From positions 93,434,001 to 93,498,000 of the forward strand of contig NC_091983.1 in assembly GCF_044704955.1 (NCBI RefSeq): a DNA stretch of 64,000 nucleotides, written 5' to 3'. Shown here piece by piece: positions 25,034 to 37,056 of the stretch. The notes under the pieces are model-generated. The model was not told the origin of the DNA. It ran no database searches and saw nothing but the letters and a program-made list of their open reading frames with translations. The DNA comes from Pristiophorus japonicus (taxonomy: Eukaryota). Position numbers and translations under genes: made by a program. Numbering within the stretch: the stretch's first letter is position 1; each line of letters opens with the position of its first letter.

Positions 25034-25629
25034 GGCCTCAATTTTAACCCCCATCGACAAGCAGGAAAGGACCGCACGAGGGGTGAAAATCCTAATAGTC
25101 GAGATCCTGCCACATTACTGGTCGGCATAATATTTACAGTGGTGATTCAGGTCCTGAATTCGGCTCCAACTAAAAGCAGGCAAGAGTCTAATTAAGATTC
25201 AAAAGTCACGGCCTGATGATGTCATCAGTACCATGATGTAATTTAAGCATCCACACAGGGGGAGTCCTACGCTGTCTGTTGCCTGGCAGCAGAAGCCTGG
25301 CAGAAAGAGCCGATTGACCGAAAGAGGCCCAGGTAAGTTTTAAAACTTTTCCTTTCTTTAAACTCCTTCTGAGCCAGGAGGTGCAGGAATTCACTCTAGC
25401 AGCCCCTCTAGGACCCCCCAGCCTCAGCAACCTCAGGGAATCATCAGCACTCCGCGATGTCAAGGAAATTCCCAGCACTGTGGCCTCCTGCAGTCAAATT
25501 CCCACTCCCACTTGCCGGTCAGGTAGTGAATCTGACTGGGTGTAGGGCAAAAGTCTGGGAAGTTTTATTTAAAGAAGGCCCTGCCACTACCCGGCTCCTC
25601 CGTCACCCCACCCTGTTAAAATTGAGGCC
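25034..25629. mobile_element. Harbinger-type MITE (596 bp)
   Basis: Perfect 15-bp TIR GGCCTCAATTTTAAC / GTTAAAATTGAGGCC; flanks TAA / AAA. Confidence 0.82.
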
Positions 25630-25746
25630 AAACTTTTCTAATTCTTTTACATACTGGCACAGAGCCCAATTGATAAGGTGCCAATAAATCAGGAAGAATA
25701 CTTACAAATACTAGTGTGCTGCACAGATTGAAAGTTAAATTGTATA

Positions 25747-25980
25747 TGATAGGTCCTTACGAGACAGTATAAATGAACACGAGGCCCATGCTTGAGAGAA
25801 GGTCAGTCTGTGACCTGTCCTTTATTCCTTAGCACTCAAGTGATGAAGGTGGGTGGAGCTTCCCCTTTTATACCTGAAGGTTCAGGTTAGGAGTGTCTCC
25901 CACCTAGTGGCCATTGTTCTCACAGTGTACAACTTAGGTCAGATTATACATGGGTTACAATGCTGGTTGAATACATAACA
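25747..25980 (-). repeat. 3' LTR
   Basis: Direct repeat of 29619-29852; about 8 mismatches counted by eye. Confidence 0.95.
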
Positions 25981-26008
25981 TCACCTCCCCCCCAAAGTCT
26001 TATTGGGA

Positions 26009-29000
26009 TCACAGGTTAAGTCTCTCTGGTGGTTTACGCTCTCTTGTAGAGCACCTGAGTTGGGGCTCCGGTTGTTGGGCGATGGCCTGAGTGTCTGCTG
26101 TTTGCGGTGCCTCAGGCCGATCCAGACTGCCCACAGTGATTGGGCTCTCCTCCCTTTGGTTCCGGTGTTCGGTCACCTGTGGTGGAGTGAACTCGACATC
26201 GTGTTCTTCCTCTGCTTCTTCTATGGGGTTGCTGAACCTCTTTTTTGTTTGATCCACGTGTTTGCGGCAGATTTGTCCATTGGTAAGTTTAACTACCAGA
26301 ATCCTATTTCCCTCTTTGGCAGTCACAGTGCCTGCGAGCCATTTGGGCCCTGCAGTGTAGTTGAGAACAAAAACAGGATCATTTACATCAATACATCGCG
26401 CCCTCGCATTCCTGTCATGGTAGTCATATTGTGGCTGGCGCCTGCTCTCGATAATTTCTTTCATGGTGGGGTGTATAAGGGATAGCTGGGTTTTGCGCGT
26501 CCTTTTCATTAGCAGCTCTGCGGGTGGAACCCCTGTGAGCGAGTGTGGTTGGGATCTATAGGCCAACAGGAGGCGTGATAAGCGTCTTCATAGGGAACCC
26601 CCTTGGATTCTGAGCATCCCCTGTTTGATTATCTGCACTGCTCGTTCTGCCCAGCCGTTTGAGGCCGGCTTGAACGGTGCCGTTCTGACATGGTTAATTC
26701 CATTGCCTGCCATGAAGTTCTGGAATTCAGTGCTTGTGAAGCACGGGCCATTGTCGCTGACCAAGACGTCCGGTAGACCGTGGGCGGCGAACATTGCCCA
26801 TAGACTTTCTACCGTGGCAGAGGATGTGCTTGAATTTAAAATGTCACACTCGATCCATTTGGAGTAGGCGTCTACTACAACCAAAAACATTTTTCCCATG
26901 AAAGGACCTGCGTAGTCCACATGGATGCGTGACTAAGGCTTGGCGGGCCATGGCCAGGGGCTAAGGGGGGGGCTTCCCTGGGCACATTGCCCAGCTGGGC
27001 ACACGTGTTGCACCTGCGAACACAAAGTTCCAGATCTGCGTCTATCCCTGGCCACCAAACGTGTGACCTGGCAATTGCCTTCATCATGACAATGTCTGGG
27101 TGCTCATTGTGGAGTTCTCTGATGGACACCTCTCTGCCCATCTGGGGCATGACTACGCGGTTTCCCCACAGTAGGCAATCGGCCTGAATCGAGAGTTCAT
27201 CCCTGCGCCTGTGAAATGGTTTAAATTCCTCAGGGCATGCCCTGTACGTGGCTGCCCAGTCCCCATTCAGGATACATTTCTTGACTCGAGACAATAGCGG
27301 GTCTCTATTTGTCCAGACTTTGATCTGACAGGCTGTCACGGGTGAGCCTTCGCTTCCGAAAGCTTCAACAGCCATGACCATCTCAGCAGCATGCTCGGTA
27401 GCCCCCTCAGTGGTGGCTAGTGGGAGCCTGCTGAGTGTATTGGCGCAGTTTTCGGTGCCCGGTCTGTGCCGAATTGTATAGTCATAGGCGGCTAACGTGA
27501 GTGCCCACCTCTGTATGTGGGCCGATGCGTTTGCATTTATGGCCTTTTTGTCGGCCAAAAGGGACGTTAGGGGTTTGTGATCTCCAGCTCAAATTTCCTG
27601 CCAAACAGGTACTGGTGCATTTTCTTTACAGCATATACACATGCGACGCCTCCTTTTCTACCATCCCGTAACCCCTTTCTGCCTGGGACAGACTCCTGGA
27701 GGCATAAGCTACCGGCTGTAACTGACCCTTGACATTGACATGCTGCAACACACACCCGACACCATAGGATGACACATCGCACATTAACACAAGTTTCTTA
27801 CATGGGTCATATAGCGTTAACAGATTGTTGGAACATAACAAATTGCGTGCTCTATTAAAAGCCCTTTCCTGGCTGTCCCCCCAGACCCATTCGCGACCTT
27901 TGCGTAGGAGCACGTGTAGCGGCTCTAGCAGCGTGCTCAATTTGGGAAGAAAGTTACCAAAATAGTTCAGGAGCCCCAGGAACGAACGCAGCTCCGTCGT
28001 GTTACGGGGTCTGGGTGCTCTCTGGATCGCTTCCGTCTTGGACGCAGTAAGGCTGATCCCGTCTGCTGCTACCCTCATCCCCAGGAATTCTACCTCTGGA
28101 GCTAGGAAAATGCATTTCGTCTTTTTCAGTCGCAGCCCTACCCGGTCCAGTCTGCGTAGCACCTCCTCCAGGTTGTGGAGGTGTTCTTCAGTATCGTAAC
28201 CCGTGATGAGGATGTCGCCCTGAAAAACCACCGTCCCTGGAATCGACTTGAGGAGGCTTTCCATATTTCGTTGGAAGATCGCGGCGGCCGAGCGAATCTC
28301 GAACGGACATCTGTTGTACTCAAACAACCCCTTGTGTGTCGTGATGGTGGTCAGCTTCTTCAACTCACTCGCCAGCTCCTGGGTCATTTAAGCTGAGGTC
28401 AAGTCCAATTTTTAAAAGAGTTTGCCACCGGATAGCGTCGCAAAGAGGTCCTTCGCTCTTGGTAGCGGGTACTGGTCTTGGAGTGACACCCGATTGATGG
28501 TGGCCTTGTAATCACCACATATCCTGACCGACCCATCCGCCTTGAGCACCGACACGATTGGGCTCGCCCAGTCATTGAATTCGACTGGCGAGATGATGCC
28601 TTCCCTCAGCAGGCGGTCCAATTCGCCTTCTATCTTTTCCCGCATCACGTACGGCACCGCTCTGGCCTTGTGGTGTACTGGCCTGGCGTCCGGGTTTATG
28701 TGAATCACTACCTTGACCCCCATGAAAGTGCCGATGCCGGGTTGAAATAATGAGTCAAATTTGTCCAGGATCTGTGAGCATGATACTCGCTCCACAGAGG
28801 AAATTGCATTGACATCGCCCCTTTTCCAGTTCATGACAGCAGCCAACTCCTCCCCAGTATTGCGGGACCGTCCCCGGGGACAACCCAGAGTGGCAACCTG
28901 TTCTCCGAATCTTTGTGGGTCACGACTACAGTGGCGCTGCCTAGCACTGGAATGATCTGCTTTGTGTAAGTCTGTAGCTGTGCGTCAATCGGCGCTAATT

Positions 29001-29200
29001 TTGGCCTCCTGGCCTTGGACGCCCACAACTTTTCGAACTGTTTGATACCCATCAGGGACTGGCTGGCCCCCGTGTCTAGCTCCATTGATACTGAGATGCC
29101 ATTGAGGAGCACTTTCATCATTATCGGTGGCGTCCTGGTGTATGAACTGTATACGTGCTCCACATGAACTCGCTGAACTTCAGCTTCCAGCGATTTCCCC
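26009..29200 (-). pseudogene. pol: Gypsy pol (protease, RT, RNase H, integrase), frameshifted
   Basis: MELDTGAS; RT with FQGD in place of the DD motif; RNase H; integrase HHCC (H..HP...C..C), DYAGP, SDNG, AERAV. Confidence 0.95.
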
Positions 29201-29618
29201 CAGCATTCATTTCTGCAGGTATTTTGCTCATCTCTGCAAACTCCGGCTGAGTGTGTGCCTCCACGCCTCCAACATGAGCTGTTGTTGGAAACAAAAGGTC
29301 CCTTGCCAGTCGATCGTCCCTGACTGCCCCTGTGACTGTCCTTGAATGCACCATTAACAGGTGTTGATGGCCCCATAAGTGGCCGCATTGTCTCTTGCAA
29401 TAGCGTGAATCGTCGTTCAACTTGCCATTGTCGATGTTGAACTCCTCCTCTGGGTTCGACTACATGTTGGGGCATGCCCGATTGCCCTTGTCTGGAGAAC
29501 TGTGTGCTGCTTTAACAATGTTGAATCTCTGTCCCAACCATTCCTTAACACAGTATCTCTCATCTGTTCTACTAGTGGCCATGCTCGCGTGGTTTAAATC
29601 CCAGTTTCTCGTCGCCAT

Positions 29619-29852
29619 TGATAGGTCCTTACTATACAGTATAAATGCACACGAGGCCCATGCTTGAGAGAAGGTCAGTCTGTGACCTGTCCTTTATTCC
29701 TTAGCACTCAAGTGATGAAGGTGGGTGGAGCTTCCCCTTTTGTACCTGAAGGTCCAGGTTAGGAGTGTCTCCCACCTAGTGGTTATTGTTCTCACAGTGT
29801 ACAACTTAGGTCAGATTATACATGGGTTACAATGCTGGTTGAATACATGACA
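29619..29852 (-). repeat. 5' LTR
   Basis: Adjacent to the PBS; TG...CA; AATAAA on the minus strand. Confidence 0.95.
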
Positions 29853-30582
29853 GTATAATTTTTCTTTGTCAGTTTCTAATTTCATAATTCTGAATATAGT
29901 AATTCTAATTAAGCAGTGGAGAGTCTTGGAGAAGTTGAAAGAAAAATGTTACAACTGAATTTGTCACAAAATTACCACAATGATTAAACATATAAGCTGG
30001 AACATACGACAAAGAAGTAAAGACAATAAATGATTTTGTTTGATCTTGACAGGGAATTACGCCAACACTGGAAACTGTCAGAAGAAATGACTGTTTAGCA
30101 AAGAAGTGAAAAAATATGCAGCTCAGTGCTAAGCATCAATAATAAAATTTTTCTCCCACTTTATCATTACCTCTCCCCGCCCGCCCCACCCCCCCCCCCC
30201 CCCCCCCGCTGTCACTAAGTACAACTGTGGTAACATTCCCTAACTAGCAGAACAAGGAAACAATGCAAGCAGCACTCCCACAGCTACTGTAGGCACTGTG
30301 TTTAATGGACCACTTGATCATTGTCAGAAAGTGTGTGATGACCCATCTCCTTTACTGTACTAGTATTGGGCTGAAAAATAAACGGCTTGAATGATGAAAG
30401 GAGAGTTGACCGCCGGATCTCAATTCTCAAATCTGTTAACTGAAATGAGCATGTCAGATCAAACCTTTGGTTGCATCTGGTTGCAATCACTATAATAACA
30501 TACAAATCACTTGCAAGGAAATATAAAACATGACATGCTGTTCTTTGTAATCTTTTACTGTTTAGCTTATAACTGACACCAT

Positions 30583-32480
30583 AGGGCCGAATTGTGCCCC
30601 ATAACATGCACACCTGGGGCTTAATTCAGCAGAAGCTTTAGCGCAAATCAATTGTTCTCAATATCCACTCTTAATGCAAATCATGTGCATTTCCAACAGG
30701 CTTTACAGGACACTATTTTCCTGCCTTCAGGTCAGATCTGCACTCAGTCATAGTAACACCTACTTGTAACAGGTGTCTCGGACTGCTTGGCAACTGTAGA
30801 CGATGTATCTCTTGATTTGAAGAGGAAGTCCAGGTTTGAAACAATTCTTTATAATTGTTTCTGTGTGGTTTTTGTGGAATATTTCTTTCTGGCTCACTGA
30901 ATAGCTGAAAAGATTTAGTACCACTGGTTCTGGCACTACCATACTTTGATTAGGTCCTACAAATTGTGGCAATGAGTTTCCCAGTGAGAATCCACTATAT
31001 TCATATTTTTTGGCAGGAAGATGAATTGAAGGGATGCCAGGCTGGGAAGATTGTGCCAGAGGAGGACTATGTATTCCAGCCTTCACCCTTCAAAACATAT
31101 ATTCAAGCAAAGGTGGACTTATGTGAACTAGTCGGAGAAACTAGTTTGCCTCTGGCCTACCCATTCCGGCATAGGGATCATTCCCTGCAGGCCGACGCTA
31201 ACTCATTTCTAGGCCACGGTGATTTCAGCTGCTGTTTTATCCTGGCCCATTGATAGTGCTGGCAGGATGCTGTTCCAGGTCTACAGTGATGGAAAGTGAT
31301 AAATGTTATCACGTTGTCTCCAAGATACATCTTCCATTACAGCTTGTATTACAAGATACTAACTGTATATGTTGTTTCTGTGGTTGGGTAACTGCTGTGT
31401 AGGAATGAGTGAGAAGACACATAACAGCCTATATTGTAAGGTGGCTTCACCGCCTCTTCCTTGATGTTCTGATAGGCTAGGATGTCTGGACAGGCCTTCA
31501 TTTTTCCCCATGCTTCATTACTCCTGCATATTGCTGGCTTTGATGTGTCACTTAACAAGGAGTGAGGATGAGGTTGCATAATTAAGGTGAGGAAGAGGAG
31601 TGCTCATGTATCAAGGAATCAATCACAACTATGTTTGTAAGGGTCACACCTTTATCACTTTTCCTGTGGAAGGAGGCATTAGTTGGACAGGACACACATC
31701 TCACGAGACAGCAACGTTCCCTCGAGAGCAAAGAGGCACACGTGCTACCCATGTGATGACAGGGCTCTCCTTATCAACCCCATCATCTTCATGAAAAGAA
31801 AATTATACTCAATTGATGTTAAGGTGGTTTCTGATCACAAATCCTCTTCATGCATGTCAGTGGCTGTTGTCCACAGAGCAGCCATGGTGGTCTCATTGTG
31901 CAGCATTCCACAGTACCTCAATTTTTTGAAAACAAAGAAACACTGAGTGCATGGCTCAGGCTCAAGGCTATCCTTCACATTATGTCTGCTAGCCCCACTG
32001 AAAAACCACCTAACAGCAAAAGACCAGATGCGTCAGCAGCTGTTTGCTGAGTGATAGGTTTAAGTTACACCTTCAAGGAAAGTCCATCATGCAGCTGGGG
32101 TATAATGAAAGAGTATATGCATAAAGGCAATGGTAGTGCATAATTCTTGAAATAGCACCACCCGATGAGGGCAGGAATTCCCAACCGAATTGTGCCATAG
32201 TTGATGGGTTCCACAAGAAATGTGAGCAAAATTGAGGAATACAGTTACTATTACCTTCTTCCTGGTACCAGAAAACTGCTTTCTTATTTGCAGCCAAAAG
32301 CAAGAGAGCTGGGTGGCTGCATTAATTCAGTCAGCCACCTCCTTCCAAATAGGGTCATCCTCCTTTGTCGCTCCTGCTGCAGCAGAACCTCCAGCTCTTC
32401 AGCATCAAAGGGAGCAGCATTGACTACATGTGTCCGTTGTGCCATTGTGAACAATTATGCAACTCACCACCACAAACATT
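30583..32480 (+). mobile_element. Very old Harbinger remnant (transposase traces)
   Basis: TIR-like GGGCCGAATTGTGCCCC. Translations FITFP, KRKLYSIDVKVVSDH and CAIVNNYA correspond to FI.FP, NRKGFHS.NVQ.VCD and CC.LHN.A of the better-preserved transposases in this window. Confidence 0.5.
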
Positions 32481-33686
32481 TCCTTTTATGGTACATTGGA
32501 ACCCTTTACGAGCTGCTTGCTTGCTGGATTTTGCGTTTTCTAACTATGTGTGCTACAAGCTAAGCCATCTTTTTCTGTGTCTGTAGTCTATTTAAATAGA
32601 GGCTAGGCTTATATCACAAAGTTCAGTGTAGCCTACCTTCTGAGCTATGGGCAAAGGTGTTTTTGTAAATTGGGCCAATACAACACAATTTTTGCCAGGA
32701 AATCTATATCAGGACAATTCTGTACAAATATTTGAAGTTCTTCCCACTAATAACTTAGTATAACTATAATATAGCAGCACAATATTATGACTGGCACAAG
32801 AACAGGTAGGGGTTTTTATTGAAACCTGACTCCCTTTTATGTGGTAATTTGTGTGAATATTGCTGCAATTTCCATCTTTTGTTTGGCTGCCAAAATAGAA
32901 AAGCAGTTTTTTAATGGCTGAATTAATGATTCTACAACAGCACTATGGTATACCCTGCCAGAATATTCATTCAAGCAAATCTTTACTGTAGAATATGTAT
33001 GGATTAGAATCATCTTTCTCTATATCCACTAAATTGCAGCAGACTTACACATAATAGGAATAAATATATAATTTCTGAGTATTTAAGTAATAAAACTGCG
33101 ACTTGCCCAACTGAATGCCAAGATGATAGTATTCTGAGACATAAATTGTATGTGAACTCAACATGTCAGAGGTAAAGTTGACAGCTCAACAAAAAGAATA
33201 AAAATGAGTTGTTAGTGCTCCTTTCTATCAATCTGTATTATATTGAAAATCTTATACTGTTCCTGATACGTATCTTATACGTATATGTGTAACGTGGACT
33301 TCCTCTTGTCATATTTTTGTCACACCTTTTGGGGGTGAAATTTGATAAGGCCTGAAAATGGGCACCGTGGGCGAGATTTGCTCAAATCCGTTTTGAAAGT
33401 GCAGGAAGGATGTTAATTTGGTGCTGCCTGCTGATTTGAATGAGTTCAGCGCACAGCCCAGCGACGAACATACTGCTTCAGTGTGTGTCCAGTGGGAGGC
33501 CAGTGTTGCGTCGCTGTAGCGACGCTGCATTCTCTTAAAGCAAGGGTGTCATTTTTTAAAGCAGTCTCGAGCCCTTAAAGGTGAATTGCCTACTGAAAAA
33601 AAAGCATTATAACTTATTTCAAAATAGGCAGTCTTCAGCTCTTAAAAGATGTAAAAGTTGGTAAAAGTGCTTCAGCATTAACACAA

Positions 33687-34350
33687 ATGGCTCAACAAGA
33701 AAAGGGCACCCAGGGTCTCGCACGCAATACCCCAGCTTTGTGCAGGGAGTCAACACTGGAAGAGAGGTCCTCTACCCACAGGGGGCCCTCCAGAAAGAAG
33801 GATGTGGGACCAGATTGCTGATGCCATCACTGCCACCCCCAGTACTTGGCTCCAGTGCCCAAAGAAGTTTCATGATCTCAGCCAAGTGGTCAAGGTTAGT
33901 GAATGCTTCTTCCAAAGCTGTTTACTACCAACTGCACTACGAGCCACACACACTGCTCAATGCACACCTTACCAATAATCTCTACCAAACAGGAGGCACA
34001 CCTCACATTCCTAGCTTCACCTCTCCCACTTAGAGGGGCATGGCTGAGCCCTTGGCCAGTGACGTGGCTGAAAGGATAAAAGATGCCGGTATCCTCATAC
34101 ATTATCCTCCTTCTCACATCCCACTTCCCCCTCATCACACAATCTCTTCTGATGTACAACTGCTAATGGTGTAAGCATGCACCTCTTGCTTTCTTGTCCT
34201 CCCCTTACCACAACCTTCCCTTTGTGTCTTCCTCATTTCAGACACCCAAGAAATCCAGCCTGCCTAGCCAGTAGTTGACCAAGAAGAGGGAGAGGAGAGT
34301 GACAAAGAAGAAGAAACACCGTCACTCAATTTGACACTCCCAGCCATCTT
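33687..34350 (+). pseudogene. Harbinger Myb/SANT-like gene remnant
   Basis: MAQQ..R APR...VQGVNTGREVLYPQG, then an acidic exon (DQEEGEESDKEEETP). Confidence 0.6.
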
Positions 34351-34820
34351 ATCGGCCAGTGCTACAACATAAAATTTTGTGACCATTAGTGTCAACTTCT
34401 TTGCATTATAATTTTCGTTCAAATTTGTTGCAGTTTATGCCAATATAAATGGGTCACTCTGATTGTGCAGACTGGCCGCTGGGTCCCCACAATTCAATCA
34501 ACATTTTTTTACTGAAAATCATTTTCATCTGCCTTTTTTTCTCCTTCCACCAGCCCTGTTGCAGCCATTGGGGAGACACTATGTAGGAGCAGGAGATTAG
34601 GAAAAGGGACTGTAAAGAGGGGAGGTAAGGGTTTACTCAAGGGTGATTAATCAATATTGTTGTGTATATACGTGGTTGATATTTTTTGATACATTTATTA
34701 CTGGAATGTTGCAGATTTGGTGCTGTCTCTCATTTCAGTGTTGGGGTGTGGTGTGGAATGAGAAATTGAGAGAATGATGGTAACATGCTCAGCAATAGCA
34801 GCCGGGAAGAGGCTTCAAAG

Positions 34821-35971
34821 TCACTGGAAACGAAGTCTGATGAGGTGGTCATGGACCGATCTTCCAGATTGAGTGGCTGCCTCCTCTGTCGCTGCTGTTC
34901 GTCCTCCTCTTCCTCCTGTTCTTCCTCTTCTTCCTCCTCGTCCTCTTCCTCCTTTTCCTCCTCCTGAGGTGGTGGAGCTATGCCTCGTGGCAATGGCTGC
35001 ACCCTCGTGATGGCCAAATTGCGCAGCATGCAGAAGACGACAACGAAAAGTGATACCCGCACCTCCCAAGTGGTCAAGGCAACGGAACCATTGCTTGAGC
35101 ACTCCGATGGTCTGCTCAATGATGTTCCTGGTGGCAGCATGGCTCTCTTTATATGAGTGCTGGGCACAAGTGTTGGGGCTGTGGAGGGAGGTCATGAGCC
35201 AGGTGGAGAGCAGATAGCCCTTGTCTCCCAGCAGCCAACCGCAAGCTTCATGTGGTAGCTGGAAGAGAGTTGGCACACCCTTCTAGTGGAGGATGAAGGC
35301 ATCGTGGCTGCAGCCAGGATAGCAGGCGTTGACGTTGAGGATTTGCCATGTGTGGTCGCACACCAAGTGCACATTAAGTGAGTGGTAGCCTTTGCGGTTA
35401 CAGAATACCTCAGGATTGTTATGAGGTTCCCGCAAAGCCACGTGGATGCAGTCAATGGCGTCCTGCCCCATTGGGAAGCTCGCTATCCTGGCAAAGCCAC
35501 ATGCATACTCTTGGTGCTTCTCTCTGGTCATGGGGAATGAAACATAGTCCTCTCCTCCTTCTGTACAGAGCATCTGTGACCTGGCGGATGGAGCTATGGA
35601 CGGCAAACTGGGAGATGCTGGTGATGTCTCCTGTTGAAGGATCCGCTGGTGTAGAAATTGAGCGTGATGGTGACCTTGACTGCCACTGAGAGAGCCGTTG
35701 TCACCTTGGTTTGAGGCTCGAGGTGTGTCTGCAGGAGGTGGCAGAGCTCTGTGACCACGTCCTTGCTGAAGCGGAGCCTTCGAACACACTGTTCCTCAGT
35801 AAAATTCATGTTGGAGAACTGCTGCTTGAATACTCTGGGTGGGTAAGGCCTCCTGTTGAGAGCCTTGTTGGCCCTCCTACCTCTGGCCACATTTTGCACT
35901 CTTTCTCTGTGCCTCAGTTGCCTCTGATGTTGACAACGGAGGGCGAGGTCCAGTGCCAGTACAGCCCACAT
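34821..35971 (-). pseudogene. Harbinger DDE transposase (HARBI1-like), frameshifted
   Basis: RRPYP, CVRRLRF, ALSV.VKV, AIDCIH, NRKGYHSLNV, YPGCSHDAFI, LGDKGY, IIEQTIGVLK, CMLRNL, acidic tail. Confidence 0.92.
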
Positions 35972-36810
35972 GAAAGGATCCAAATGTTGCAGTTTCAAAT
36001 CTCCACTCAATGAAACTCAGAAATCTTTATGAGCCAGAACACTCGTTAAACTCCAAAACATTCAAATCGGTCAAAAGGCCTGTTTGCCTATGTGAAAGTA
36101 ACAAGGCAGCATTGTTGGCCGACTAAAACTAAACTGGATGTTGACATCTTTAAATAGCAGGGGGTGAGAGGGAATTTTGCATACGAGATTCTACTGGGGC
36201 GCTGCACACAGCAATGACATCATGATCTCTGGGCGCAGGAGATTGGCGTGCAATGTCTTACCACCACCGCAAAACTCACCCCAAATTTAGCGGGAGTTGC
36301 TGATTTCGCCCATTTGTGCCCCATTAGTGCCCCCTCCCTCGGAGGCACTGATGGGCGGCGCAAAGGAGCCCAATTTCTCCCCCAGTGATTTGTTAAAAAC
36401 AGAGGCTGTGTTCGAGAGTGGAAAAAAACAAGTAATTATTACACACCTATTGTAGCTTTTGTTTTGTGTTCTGTAAACTTAAGAGTGCATTAAGCTCAAA
36501 GAGAGAGAGGGAGAATTTTATTCATTGTAATTGAATTTTCTTTTAATTTGAATGTTGAAGAAAACAACTTCTAATTATTGTTGTCTGAGAACACTTCTGT
36601 TGTTCACTTGAGTTGTAAAGAATTCAGTCTTCTGGTTATAATCTTTTTATTCTTTAACTTCAGCATAAAAAGCAATTTGCAAGCAGAGTATAGTCACAGA
36701 TGGAGCATGCAAACCTAGGCATGGGTCTTTTCGTGCTGCTTGAACAAAGGAAAAAGCTTATATTTATTCAATGTTTTCTTATCAAACTGAAACTGGTATT
36801 GCGTAATATG

Positions 36811-37037
36811 GTACTGTCAATAAGGTTTACACTGTGTACATCCATGCTGGCACCACTAGCGGGCACAACTGGTGGAAATCAGGGGTTTCCTGCCCTGGTG
36901 GCAGGGCCCTGTATAAAAGGCTGCACACCATGCTTGTGGGGCACTCTGGAGTTTGGAATAAAGGACCACGGTCACTACAGTTTGTGTACAACACATTGCC
37001 TCGTGGAATCATTCATAAGTACATTATAGACATAACA
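36811..37037 (+). repeat. 5' LTR (5'-truncated by about 80 bp relative to the 3' LTR)
   Basis: TATAAAA and AATAAA present; ends TAACA; aligns with 40030-40255. Confidence 0.88.
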
Positions 37038-37056
37038 ACTGAACTTTCACGCAATC

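Larger units (their letters stand above)
25747..29852 (-). mobile_element. Gypsy/Ty3 LTR retrotransposon with both LTRs and GTATA TSD; gag largely deleted
   Basis: Two 234-bp TG..CA LTRs; GTATA on both flanks; PBS TGGCGACGAG (29608-29617); PPT GGGGGGGAGGTGA (25981-25993); protease-RT-RNase H-integrase order. Confidence 0.97.
33331..36383. mobile_element. PIF/Harbinger DNA transposon (decayed two-gene copy)
   Basis: Termini GGGGGTGAAATT / AATTTCTCCCCC; Myb-like remnant on + and transposase on -, convergent. Confidence 0.88.

Noticed and set aside
30172-30208. Poly-C tract
   Set aside because: Simple homopolymer with no evidence of function.
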